Source: an uncultured Rhodopirellula sp. (GTDB lineage: Bacteria > Planctomycetota > Planctomycetia > Pirellulales > Pirellulaceae). From it: 44,821 nt of DNA. Positions within the stretch are counted from its first letter, which is position 1. Each line of letters starts with the position of its first letter. The translations under genes and the position numbers were made by a program. Below the pieces are notes generated by a model, which saw nothing but the letters and a program-made list of their open reading frames with translations, did no database searches and was not told where the DNA came from. Below are positions 19,735 through 29,206 of this stretch, in pieces. The DNA lies in assembly GCA_964007735.1 (NCBI GenBank), contig CAXGAI010000039.1, positions 1 through 44,821 on the forward strand, read 5' to 3'.

Positions 19735-21312
19735 ATGAGTGAACAGATAAATCCATATAAGCTCTTTCTCGACTTGGACACCGCGCCAAAAAAACCGAAC
19801 TATTATCAGTTGTTGGGATTGTCACAGGATGAACGAGATGAAACAGCTGTTGCCAGGGGATGCGAAAAGGCGTTAGCAAAGGTTCGGGGCTTTAAGCCCG
19901 GTGCTAATGCTCAGATATGGTTAGCGATTCTTGATGAGATTTCGAATGCCAGGGTGACTCTGACTGACGTCGAGCTGCGTCGTGCTTATGACCAACAGCT
20001 AGCAGCAGGAGCACAGCCTGAAGCGTTAGAGTTAGTCGTGTTGAATGGACCTATCGATGCTGTTGCTTCGGCAAATCTAGCGAGTGAAGACATACCAGAA
20101 GAGTCTCCCGGGCGATCACAGAGTTTAGCAGATCAGCTAGTGCCATCGCATCTGGGCTCGGGCAATCCTCCTCCAATTCCCCCTGCTGAACCGATTGTGG
20201 ATCCGGCGACAGCTCCTTTGTTAGCCAGTGCTCAGATACCCGTGGCCGCCGAAGTGCCAATGACTGTGGGCACTGTTCAATCGGTAGAGCCCGGCGTGGG
20301 TTCTGCAGCAGTGCCAGATAATCAGGAGTCAGGCTTTTCACTAGACAGTGGCCGTCGCTCACGCAGCAGCCGACGACATTCAAAAAGACGCGCTAACCAG
20401 AATCGCTTTCCCCTCCCGCTTTTGGTTATCAGCATGTTTGCCATTGTTGGAGGGGCGATTGCAATCTTCGCATTGAATGGAGGCAACACCAAAGTTGCGA
20501 ACGTTGATAAAACGGCCAAGACAAAAGGAGTTCAAAAGACCCCAGATAGAATAAAGATAAAGCCGGAGGATAGCCCGGTGTCTGAGACCGATCCTGAACG
20601 GAAAGAACCGGAAATGCCGGAGCCCGTTCCGCGAGATCCAGATACTGGCGAAAATCCTCTCAATCCCCTACCTCCGGTGTTTGGTAAACCGGTTAAACCG
20701 AAAGAGCCTAAGCCTGTAGAAAATGCTCCGCCGAAGCCGGAGGCGGATCCGCCTGCAGCGGAACCATTGACGGCAACGGAGAAAGCAAAGCTTAAAGAAT
20801 CCCTGTCGATAGCCCGTACTGCTCTGGCAGAACGAAATCTTGATATCGTGATCGAACAATTAACAATCGCCACTCCTCTCGCACGTACGAAGGAGGCGGC
20901 GGCCGCAACGAGACGGCTCAAGATAATGCTTGAACTAGTAACTCAGTTCAATCGGCTTTCAAATGAAGCGATGGATAGTTACAAAACGGGGTCCGAAATT
21001 AATGTAGGCAATAGTACCAAAGCGGTGGTGGTGGAAGTATCGTCAACGAAACTAACGATTAAAGCTGCGGGAGTAACGAGATCATATCCTCGTGACCGAC
21101 TGTCGACTGGAGTGGCGATGGGAATCGCGCAAACGAATTTCAACGATCCGGTAATGACACCTTTTATGAAAGCCGCCTATCTAGTCACGCTAAAGGGTGA
21201 TCGCTATCAAAAACAGGCCCGTGAATTCTGGCAATCAGGCAATAGTCGTAGTGCCAAGATTGATGCCGATACTTTTGACGGATTTGTCGCCGATCGTTAT
21301 GAATTCGAGTAA
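19735..21312 (+). CDS. Membrane-anchored protein with degenerate J-domain-like N-terminus and Pro-rich linkers
   Basis: NYYQLLGL...LRRAYD without HPD; basic stretch then a single TM (LLVISMFAIVGGAIAIFAL); PEPK/PKP-rich segment. Confidence 0.7.
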   Translation: MSEQINPYKLFLDLDTAPKKPNYYQLLGLSQDERDETAVARGCEKALAKVRGFKPGANAQIWLAILDEISNARVTLTDVELRRAYDQQLAAGAQPEALELVVLNGPIDAVASANLASEDIPEESPGRSQSLADQLVPSHLGSGNPPPIPPAEPIVDPATAPLLASAQIPVAAEVPMTVGTVQSVEPGVGSAAVPDNQESGFSLDSGRRSRSSRRHSKRRANQNRFPLPLLVISMFAIVGGAIAIFALNGGNTKVANVDKTAKTKGVQKTPDRIKIKPEDSPVSETDPERKEPEMPEPVPRDPDTGENPLNPLPPVFGKPVKPKEPKPVENAPPKPEADPPAAEPLTATEKAKLKESLSIARTALAERNLDIVIEQLTIATPLARTKEAAAATRRLKIMLELVTQFNRLSNEAMDSYKTGSEINVGNSTKAVVVEVSSTKLTIKAAGVTRSYPRDRLSTGVAMGIAQTNFNDPVMTPFMKAAYLVTLKGDRYQKQAREFWQSGNSRSAKIDADTFDGFVADRYEFE

Positions 21313-21432
21313 CCATAAAACTCGCTTGATTCGACTTTCTTTCATATCGGGCTGCCTTCTATATGTAGTAGTTCTGGCTTATGATGGAGTCTTTCTAGAT
21401 TCTTCTGCCCCCAAGAACTACGGTAAAGCAAA

Positions 21433-22320
21433 ATGGTACGAAAAGGCACTGAATTCGCTGGACTTTCTGTCGCAATTACTACTCCGCTCGCCAACGGAGA
21501 AGTGGATTATGATGCATTGAAACGGCAGGTTGAATTCCATGTGGAAGCAGGAACAACTTGCCTTTGTCCCGTTGGTACAACTGGTGAATCGCCTACCTTG
21601 TCTCATGATGAACATGAGCGTGTAATCGCTGAAGTTGTGCAGGCTGCTGCCGGACGCATTAAGGTGATGGCGGGTACGGGGTCGAATAGCACCGCCGAAG
21701 CCCTTCGTTTAACAGCTTGGGCCGCAAAAGAAGGTGCAGATGCTGCTCTGATGGTTGCGCCTTATTACAACAAACCAATGCAGGAAGGTTTCTATGAGCA
21801 CTACAAAGTGGTAGCTGAAGAGGTCGATCTGCCAATTTGTGTTTACAACATACCCGGACGATCGGCCAAGAATATCGAGCCGGACACTATTTGCCGATTG
21901 GGCGAATTAGAAAATATCACCATGGTGAAGGAAGCGACTGGTTCTTTGGATCAGGCTTCCCAGATTATTTGTGGATCCAATCTTACCGTGCTAAGTGGTG
22001 ACGACAGCCTGACATTACCGCTCATGGCGATTGGAGGGTCTGGAGTTATTAGTGTTGTTGGAAATGTCGTCCCTAAAGATATGATCGCAATGGTGAATGC
22101 GTATGCCGCTGGTGATATAGCCCAAGCTTTGGAATGGCATATGAAATTGTTTCCGCTTTGCCGCGATATGCTTGGCTTAGCAACCAATCCTATTCCAGTT
22201 AAATCGGCGATGTCTTTGCTTGGGATGGATACCGGTGAGTTGCGTTTGCCAATGACTCCGTTGAATGAGTTACAGTTGGAGTCACTCCGTGGTACGCTTA
22301 CTGCCTATGGACTTCTCTAA
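21433..22320 (+). CDS. dapA: 4-hydroxy-tetrahydrodipicolinate synthase
   Basis: [34 protein letters not shown] and SGDD. Confidence 0.97.
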   Translation: MVRKGTEFAGLSVAITTPLANGEVDYDALKRQVEFHVEAGTTCLCPVGTTGESPTLSHDEHERVIAEVVQAAAGRIKVMAGTGSNSTAEALRLTAWAAKEGADAALMVAPYYNKPMQEGFYEHYKVVAEEVDLPICVYNIPGRSAKNIEPDTICRLGELENITMVKEATGSLDQASQIICGSNLTVLSGDDSLTLPLMAIGGSGVISVVGNVVPKDMIAMVNAYAAGDIAQALEWHMKLFPLCRDMLGLATNPIPVKSAMSLLGMDTGELRLPMTPLNELQLESLRGTLTAYGLL

Positions 22321-22329
22321 TTGAATGCC

Positions 22330-23472
22330 ATGAAGAAAGTGGCATATCTCTGTGAGTTTCCCTCCATCAACGGTGGTGAGAACTCGCTTCTTTCCTTTCT
22401 GCAATCAACAGGGTCGGTGATCGAGCCCATCTTTCTTTGCCCTTCAGACGGGCCATTAGCAAAACGCCTACGGATATTGGGCTACGCGCAGCATGAGTTT
22501 TGCGTGTTTGCGGATGATTTTAATCGTAAATCAGCGGAGGTTGTCTCCGCTGAATTGTCCACGTTGATAAACAAGCTTGATGTAGATATTGTTCATGCGA
22601 ATAGCCTTTCCATGAGTCGTGTGCTGGGGCGGATATCAAAACTGATAACCAAGCCGACGATTGGTCATATCCGTGACATCTTAAAAGTCAGTGGGAAGGT
22701 GCTGTTAGACCTTACACAACTCGATATGTGTCTTGCTGTATCGGATGCAACTCGCGTTTGTTATCTGCAACAAGGACTTTCGGAAAACAAAATAGCGACG
22801 GTATACAATGGTATCGATGCCGGACTCTTTTTGTCAGAAACTGCTTCGACGAACTCAGGTTTACGCCACTCTTTAAAACTTTCAGAAAAGAGTGTTGTGA
22901 TTGGAGGAATAGGTCAGTTAGGTCTGCGTAAAGGCTGGGAGGTGCTGCTTGATGCAGTGGAATTACTGGATACAAGGTGTTTGGAGGATCTGAATGTACA
23001 TGTTGTTCTCGCTGGACTGCGACACTCAGAAAAACAGGAAAGTATTGAGTTTGAACAACGTTTGTGCGGTAGGTCACAGAACGGAATATTGAAAGGTAGA
23101 CTACACTTGGTGGGTTACTGGAGTCCCATATCTCAGTTTCTGGAAAGTATTGATCTACTTGCTCACCCAGCTTATCAGGAGCCATTAGGGCGTGTTTTGT
23201 TGGAGGCGGCAGCAAGTTCTACACCGGTGGTAGCTACAGACGTAGGCGGCACTCGGGAAATCTTTGGTGAGCAGGGAGCGGTCTTGGTGCCTGCAGGTAA
23301 TGTCAAGGCAATGGCTGATGGATTACGTCAGGTGATTGAAAATAAACAGCTTGCGGAGAAGAGAGCGAAGCATGCGCGTCAACGTGTTGACTCGGTATTC
23401 AGCATCAAACGGCACAAAATACAAATTCTTCGATATTACGATGCTTTACTGGAAAGAGAAGAATCTGGCTAA
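22330..23472 (+). CDS. Glycosyltransferase family 4 (GT-B)
   Basis: GGE N-terminal motif, VYNGID, RKG and EPLGRVLLEAAASSTPVVATDVGG (E-x7-E); start at 22321 (TTG) or 22330 (ATG). Confidence 0.88.
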   Translation: MKKVAYLCEFPSINGGENSLLSFLQSTGSVIEPIFLCPSDGPLAKRLRILGYAQHEFCVFADDFNRKSAEVVSAELSTLINKLDVDIVHANSLSMSRVLGRISKLITKPTIGHIRDILKVSGKVLLDLTQLDMCLAVSDATRVCYLQQGLSENKIATVYNGIDAGLFLSETASTNSGLRHSLKLSEKSVVIGGIGQLGLRKGWEVLLDAVELLDTRCLEDLNVHVVLAGLRHSEKQESIEFEQRLCGRSQNGILKGRLHLVGYWSPISQFLESIDLLAHPAYQEPLGRVLLEAAASSTPVVATDVGGTREIFGEQGAVLVPAGNVKAMADGLRQVIENKQLAEKRAKHARQRVDSVFSIKRHKIQILRYYDALLEREESG

Positions 23473-24848
23473 TGGGGTACTGCCTCAGCCATTGGGTACA
23501 GGGTGTAAAACATTCCTGCCACGCTCATGTAAATAATGATCCCCAGAATGTCGACGATGCCGGCAACAAACGGGTTGCTCATCAATGCCGGGTCTAAGCC
23601 CATGCGTCGGAAAAATAGCGGGAGTAACGAACCTGATAGTGTTCCACAGATGACTACACATAAAATAGTGATCGGAATAATGAGCGCATAAAGTGGTTTG
23701 GGGGCAAGGAAGAGTCCGGCACCCCATCCAAGTAGACCTAATAAGGCGCCCAGGATCAGGCCCATTGCGATTTCGCGACGAATCACTTTGAGCCAGTCGC
23801 TGAGTTGGATTTCGTCACGGGCCATTGATGAAATGATTAGTGTGGACGATTGACCACCGGAATTACCTCCTGCAGAGATCACCAGTGGAATAAACATGAC
23901 TAACCAAACATGCTTTTCGATTCGTGATTCATAATGTTCTAAAGCAAAGGCTGTTAGCAGGGCTGCGAAGAACAGAATAATTAACCACATACCACGTTTC
24001 CAGCTAAGAGTGAGTAATGGAGTTTTGAGGTATGTTTCCTCAAGAGGATTCACAGCGCCAATACGCTGGACGTCTTCCTGAGCCTCTTCCATGACGACGT
24101 CGATGACATCGTCGTGGGTGATAATTCCGAGCATCCGGTTTTGCCGGTCAACGACTGGAATGGCAAGCAGGTCATAACGAGCGACCGTCTGTGCAACCGA
24201 CTCCTGGTCCTCGAAGGCATCTACCTTGACGACATCTTCTTCCATTAATGCTTCCAACGTCTTATCTGGCTGGACGATAGAACGCACCAGTTGCTTTGCC
24301 GAAACAACGCCGCGTAAATGGTCTTTGTCATCGACAACATAAAGGTAGTAGATTGTTTCCAACTCCTCAGCCTGATGCCCAAGTTCAGCTAGAGCCTGCG
24401 AAACTGTTAGGTGTTCTTCTAATTTAGCGACATCGGTTGTCATCACCGACCCGGCACTGGAATCCGGGTATTCCCGCAGACGCAAAACGTTACGACGTTC
24501 TTCATGCGACAGTAGCGAAAGTAATTCGTCGACGATGCCTTGGTCCATTTCGTCGAGGATGTCAACGCGATCGTCTGGTGACATAACCTCAATCAACTGG
24601 GCTATCTCGTGACGATCCTCTTCGGCGAGAATCTCCAATTGTTTCTCTTCGCTGAAGAAGCCGAAAATTTCACAACGCCGAAATGGTTCCGCATGCTTTA
24701 AAATGGTCCATGCTTCAGAGCCGGTGAGGCCCTCCATGAAGTCCGCGGTCACACCGGGGTGCACTGCTATGCAGAATTCTTCCATCTCTTCCTTGCGATT
24801 TTCGGAAAGCATTTCTCTCAGTTCAGGTAAGTAAAGCGTATTGATCAT
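23469..24848 (-). CDS. mgtE: Magnesium transporter MgtE
   Basis: SAGSVMT CBS pair, GIITHDD, GGNSGGQ, DPALMSNPF and VDILG. Confidence 0.95.
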   Translation of the reverse strand: MINTLYLPELREMLSENRKEEMEEFCIAVHPGVTADFMEGLTGSEAWTILKHAEPFRRCEIFGFFSEEKQLEILAEEDRHEIAQLIEVMSPDDRVDILDEMDQGIVDELLSLLSHEERRNVLRLREYPDSSAGSVMTTDVAKLEEHLTVSQALAELGHQAEELETIYYLYVVDDKDHLRGVVSAKQLVRSIVQPDKTLEALMEEDVVKVDAFEDQESVAQTVARYDLLAIPVVDRQNRMLGIITHDDVIDVVMEEAQEDVQRIGAVNPLEETYLKTPLLTLSWKRGMWLIILFFAALLTAFALEHYESRIEKHVWLVMFIPLVISAGGNSGGQSSTLIISSMARDEIQLSDWLKVIRREIAMGLILGALLGLLGWGAGLFLAPKPLYALIIPITILCVVICGTLSGSLLPLFFRRMGLDPALMSNPFVAGIVDILGIIIYMSVAGMFYTLYPMAEAVPH

Positions 24849-24930
24849 GTCGCATTCCTTTCCGGAGTTCCAAAGAGAGAGTTACGGGGTAAATATGTCG
24901 GCAAGTAAGGATTCGTTTCGGTTGATTCTG

Positions 24931-25044
24931 TTATTGGAGTACTAATTCGTCAACATACGTAGTTCCCGCTTTTGGTTTCGCAACCCGCGGCTCGTTACAT
25001 AGCCGCGCGGTTGTAGGGATTGTGAGGGATTTAGCTTCTCGCAT
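24931..25044 (-). other. Candidate 37-aa upstream ORF of mgtE containing a GC-rich hairpin
   Basis: ATG 25044 to TAA 24931 gives MREAKSLTIPTTARLCNEPRVAKPKAGTTYVDELVLQ; hairpin caacc-cgcggct/agccgcg-c-ggttg at 24981-25013; no clear SD. Confidence 0.3.
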
Positions 25045-25174
25045 GGGTCAAAAATTAAAACTCGGGAGAGAACAGTCTTGACCAAATCTCGGACGAGGTG
25101 ATTCTAGATGAAAAGAGAATTGTTCTAAACGGTCCACTATTATTCACAGTTTCTTTCGTGGTTCGTTTTGAGTA

Positions 25175-25267
25175 ATTCTTCTGAATCCAGATGCCGGCAT
25201 TTGACGTTGTCGTCTGAGTTGTGTTGCATTGCCGACAATGCATGCCGTAGAGCTTCTTCAGGAGAAT
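25175..25267 (+). promoter_or_regulatory. Structured 5' leader of rnc that sequesters the SD
   Basis: attcttctgaa (25175-85) pairs over 11 bp (one G-U) with ttcaggagaat (25257-67); nested cggcat/atgccg and gcattg/caatgc stems. Confidence 0.5.
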
Positions 25268-25271
25268 CATC

Positions 25272-26111
25272 ATGAAACCAAAAAAGACGTTTTGGGACCA
25301 GTTTCGAGGCTGGTTCAGCGGGCACAAAGCCATCGATTCTCCGGATGTCGACGGGATCGAAGTATCTGAACAGGATTTGGTGAAACTGGCTTCCTGTGAG
25401 AAGGCGATAGGGTATCGATTTAGGGATTCTAAACTTCTGAAAGTTGCCCTGACGCATACGTCGGGTGCGAGTCATCGTCTGGCCTCCAATGAGCGTCTAG
25501 AGTTCTTGGGTGATGCCATTCTTGGGCAGGTCATTAGTGAGTGGTTGTTTTGCGAATACCCTCGGTATCTTGAGGGAGAACTAACTCGGATTAAGTCGGT
25601 CATTGTTAGCCGAAAGACATGTGCCCATGTTGCTGAACGCCTGGAGTTTCAGGATGTGGTGTTTGTTGGTAAAGGAATCGGAGCGAGGGAAACTATTCCT
25701 CGATCGATATTATCGAATGCATTCGAATCAATTGTCGCAGCGCTGTACCTGGATGGCGGCTATGAAGTTGCGCAGGCATTTGTATTAAGTTGCCTGGAAG
25801 ATGAAATGTTGGCCATGGTTTCCGAGGGCCTTCCGATCAACTATAAGTCACTTTTCCAGCAGGTGGCTCAGCGAGAGTTTAAGTTGACCCCTGTCTACAA
25901 GTTGATCGGTGAGCGAGGTCCGGATCATGAAAAAGAATTCCATGTGTGTGCGGTAGTTGGCGAGGTCAAGTTCGAATCCGGATGGGGGAATAGCAAAAAA
26001 GATGCGGAACAACGAGCGGCCCTGAATGCTTTAATGGCTTTAGGGGAAATTGACGAAGAATCAATGTTGGTGCTTGATGCCATTTCAAACCACAACGAAG
26101 ATATGAAGTAG
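25272..26111 (+). CDS. rnc: Ribonuclease III
   Basis: NERLEFLGDA signature, FESIVAALYLDGG and dsRBD (GPDHEKEF, SKKDAEQRAA); SD AGGAG. Confidence 0.96.
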   Translation: MKPKKTFWDQFRGWFSGHKAIDSPDVDGIEVSEQDLVKLASCEKAIGYRFRDSKLLKVALTHTSGASHRLASNERLEFLGDAILGQVISEWLFCEYPRYLEGELTRIKSVIVSRKTCAHVAERLEFQDVVFVGKGIGARETIPRSILSNAFESIVAALYLDGGYEVAQAFVLSCLEDEMLAMVSEGLPINYKSLFQQVAQREFKLTPVYKLIGERGPDHEKEFHVCAVVGEVKFESGWGNSKKDAEQRAALNALMALGEIDEESMLVLDAISNHNEDMK

Positions 26112-26164
26112 ACGCAGACTTGCTGGTTCAGTCTGGGAATAAATAGGGGACGAGAGAGATTGAT

Positions 26165-27184
26165 ATGACACGTTGTGTTGCACTACTTTCCGGCGGCTTA
26201 GACAGCATGCTTGCGATTCGCATTATGCAGACCCAGGGAATTGAAGTTGAAGCTTTGAATTTCAAGACGATGTTTACATGTTGTCAGGATACATCAGCGC
26301 AGGCTGCGCGGGCTTTGGGTACTAATATCACCGTGATTGGTCAGGAAGATGACTATCTTGATTTAATCCGTGACCCTCAATACGGTTATGGTAAAGGTGC
26401 TAATCCTTGTGTCGACTGTCGAATCTATATGTTCGAGCGTGCCTATAAACTCATGGAAGCTGTGGATGCTGAATTTATCATCAGTGGTGAAGTGGTTGGC
26501 CAACGTCCGATGAGCCAGAAACGATCCGATCTTAATATCATCTCGACAAATTCCGGGCTCGAAGATTTGCTTTTGCGTCCTTTGTCAGCAAAGTTACTAC
26601 CCCCAACGAAGCCTGAACGTGAAGGTTTGGTTGATCGTGAAAAGTTGTATGGATTCCAAGGGCGGAGTCGCAAAGGTTTAATCCAACTGGCTCGTGATTT
26701 TGGATTCACCGAAGATATGATTCCAACGCCATCGACCGGATGTGCATTAACAGAGCCTGAATTCGGTAATAAAGTACATGACCTGATTCAGATCCAAATC
26801 GACGATAAACGGTGGGATTACGAAGCACTCAATGTAGGTCGCCACTTCCGCTTCAATGAGTGTGTTAAAGTCATCGTTGGACGTAATGAAAAAGAGAATA
26901 CTCAGTTGGAATATATGCACCGCATGGAAGATGCCACCAGCACTTCATTACTCGAGCCAATAGGCTTCAAAGGACCTAACGCACTGATTACAGGGCCTTC
27001 TACAGATGAAGCGTTAGAGTATGCTGCTGGGTTGGTCTATCGTTACAGTAGCTCGATTGAAGGTGAAGACAATATGGTTCAGGTTGTTCAATCTGATCGT
27101 GAATTCAAACTGACAGCCTATCCAACGGAACGTGCAGAGACTGAGAAAACAATTGCAACGGTTAACCTGAGGGCTACTCATTAA
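26165..27184 (+). CDS. PP-loop tRNA sulfurtransferase-like protein (ThiI/MnmA-related, no THUMP domain)
   Basis: SGGLDS PP-loop, GYGKGANPCVDCRIYM, GEVVGQRPMSQ, GCALT and GRHFR. Confidence 0.8.
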   Translation: MTRCVALLSGGLDSMLAIRIMQTQGIEVEALNFKTMFTCCQDTSAQAARALGTNITVIGQEDDYLDLIRDPQYGYGKGANPCVDCRIYMFERAYKLMEAVDAEFIISGEVVGQRPMSQKRSDLNIISTNSGLEDLLLRPLSAKLLPPTKPEREGLVDREKLYGFQGRSRKGLIQLARDFGFTEDMIPTPSTGCALTEPEFGNKVHDLIQIQIDDKRWDYEALNVGRHFRFNECVKVIVGRNEKENTQLEYMHRMEDATSTSLLEPIGFKGPNALITGPSTDEALEYAAGLVYRYSSSIEGEDNMVQVVQSDREFKLTAYPTERAETEKTIATVNLRATH

Positions 27185-29195
27185 TAATAACAGGATCGCG
27201 TATTTCGACAGCACTAAGTTGGTTCCAGAAGGTCTGCAGGTCCTGAACGCAATTTTGATTCAGCAAGGAGGGCGCATATGCTGCCAAACTGTAAAGCCTG
27301 CCGAGTCGAAGTGTGGATTGGCCTAATGGCATGATATGCTCTGCCATTGCCTCACTGAATTCATTAGGAGTTTGGTCTTCATGTCGTTCGATGCCCAATT
27401 CGCAGCCTAAAGATTCTAAGGCGTTGAAGCTATATTCAACTAATTCCTGGAGCGACATTTGCGTCTTGGTGGCAAATGGATTCCGAAAACTGGCGAACGG
27501 TGGATACATCCGTGGTGCTTGCCGGGTGGCTTTTTCGCTGTCGATTTGTTCCGGTTCTGTTCCTGCAAAGACTCTGGCGAGCCAATTGAGAAATCCTTTG
27601 ATCATCTCCTTGAGTGCTTGCCAGAGAGCTTTGCGGTTTTTGATCAGGTAGTAAAGCGTGGAACCACTCACGCCAATCCAGAAAAGGATTTGGATGATTA
27701 GTCCGACGGCTCCGAGAGGGGGTAGTAAGGGCAGCTGGAAAGAAGGTGGATTATTTTGATTCGTTTGCGACCCTTGTGAGGAAGTGTTGTTCCCCGGTTC
27801 CGATTTGCGTTGTTGATTTTGAAGGCCGGGGTCGTCAGCCTTATCTTCTTCCTGCGATTGACTTTCCTGTGAGTTGTTACGCTCGGAATCATTGTTTTGA
27901 TTCGATTGGTTTCCTTCATTGCCTTGATTGATTTGTCCGTCACCGTCGCCCTGTTCGGATGGTGAGTCGTTGCTGTTGTTATTAGGGCTCTTTTGTTCGT
28001 TAGATTGATTAGACGAATCTCCGGATGGTGGTTTGTCACTTTGATTCTCCTGGTTGCCGGACTCGGCGGCCGAGTTCCCATTCCCTTGAGATTGTTCCTT
28101 TGATTCGCCGTCGGAGGCTGTGGAAGTTTGAGAGTCGCTTTGCTTTTCCTGATTCCCGTGCTCCCCCTGACGGTTCCCGTTTTGTGATGTGTTATCGGGT
28201 TCGGCCGGTGCGGGAGTCGGTTGTGGCTCATCACTGGATGGGCCCGGGTTGCCGTCGTTCTTGCCGTCTGGGCCTATTCCGTATTCTGAGGTTTCAAAGG
28301 CATCCTGACTTTGGTTAAACAAGTTATTTGCATGGGCGATTTGTTGAATATTATCTGGTCGGGGAAGTAAGAATGCGAACGCCATGAATCCAAGAATCAT
28401 CACGACACCGATGGTTAGCCAAATGCCAGCCATTTCCCGAGGCATCTCGACGTCACGATGACGTAAGTATCGACGTAATCCAAGTAGACTGGTAGTTAGC
28501 AGGAGTCCCAGTCCGCTCCCAACGTAACAAAGGAGATACTTGAAACAGTTACTACTAACTTCAGTATCGGTAAATAGTTGCCCAAAGCCAAACAAGGGTA
28601 AGGCAGCTAAAGAATAGTAAATGACCCAGACGCCGGGCGTATGAGGTTTCTTGCGATTGGCTTTCCAATGCTCAAACCAACTCAGTTTTGCCTCTGTTTC
28701 CAACCAATCGCGATTAGCCCTGTCGTCGGCTTTATGCTTAGTGTTATCGCTTTGAGTGATTAGATGTTCGACTCCGATCTTTTGCAGCAAGCCCTGATTG
28801 CTAGAGTCATCATGATCTTCGATGACAGTGCAGTCCCAGGTCAGTTGATGGGCCGACCACCAGGTAATGGCTATCACGATCGCACAATAAATGAATTTCA
28901 TTCCTCCAACAGCCTCCCTGTATTGCACCAATGAACTCATGGCGAACAGGGTTACGATTGCCAGGGGGATGCCAAACAGGATGGCGCGTTCTTTACCCTC
29001 GTCGATTGAGATGCGAGCAATAGCGACGGTCGCCATAGAGTACATCATTAGAATGAAATTAAAACGCCCGAGAAATGGGCTTGGGTTGAGTACCGTGGAA
29101 ACAAACAGGGCAAGACTGGTGACCATGACGGCGACTAGCGCAGGGCTGATTCCGATTACCATGTAGTCAAACGTTGTTTTCTGTTTGCGATGCAT
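27174..29195 (-). CDS. Multi-TM membrane protein with long Q/N/S-rich linker and DUF4129-like C-terminus
   Basis: About 7 N-terminal TMs, low-complexity region, one more TM, then QTPNEF...LYSLAAYAP; downstream of MoxR/DUF58. Confidence 0.7.
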   Translation of the reverse strand: MHRKQKTTFDYMVIGISPALVAVMVTSLALFVSTVLNPSPFLGRFNFILMMYSMATVAIARISIDEGKERAILFGIPLAIVTLFAMSSLVQYREAVGGMKFIYCAIVIAITWWSAHQLTWDCTVIEDHDDSSNQGLLQKIGVEHLITQSDNTKHKADDRANRDWLETEAKLSWFEHWKANRKKPHTPGVWVIYYSLAALPLFGFGQLFTDTEVSSNCFKYLLCYVGSGLGLLLTTSLLGLRRYLRHRDVEMPREMAGIWLTIGVVMILGFMAFAFLLPRPDNIQQIAHANNLFNQSQDAFETSEYGIGPDGKNDGNPGPSSDEPQPTPAPAEPDNTSQNGNRQGEHGNQEKQSDSQTSTASDGESKEQSQGNGNSAAESGNQENQSDKPPSGDSSNQSNEQKSPNNNSNDSPSEQGDGDGQINQGNEGNQSNQNNDSERNNSQESQSQEEDKADDPGLQNQQRKSEPGNNTSSQGSQTNQNNPPSFQLPLLPPLGAVGLIIQILFWIGVSGSTLYYLIKNRKALWQALKEMIKGFLNWLARVFAGTEPEQIDSEKATRQAPRMYPPFASFRNPFATKTQMSLQELVEYSFNALESLGCELGIERHEDQTPNEFSEAMAEHIMPLGQSTLRLGRLYSLAAYAPSLLNQNCVQDLQTFWNQLSAVEIRDPVIINE

Positions 29196-29206
29196 TGGCT
29201 AGTTAT

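Noticed and set aside
24849..25060. M-box or yybP-ykoY riboswitch upstream of mgtE
   Set aside because: Conserved core sequences not recognisable by eye; needs Infernal
25055..25475. Minus-strand 92-aa and 111-aa ORFs upstream of mgtE
   Set aside because: Overlap the rnc start antisense and show no motifs
26115..26135. Hairpin after rnc as a terminator
   Set aside because: 6-bp stem with no U-tract
27760..28300. Low-complexity region as a repeat array or CRISPR
   Set aside because: No recurring DNA unit; it is a coding Q/N/S-rich linker
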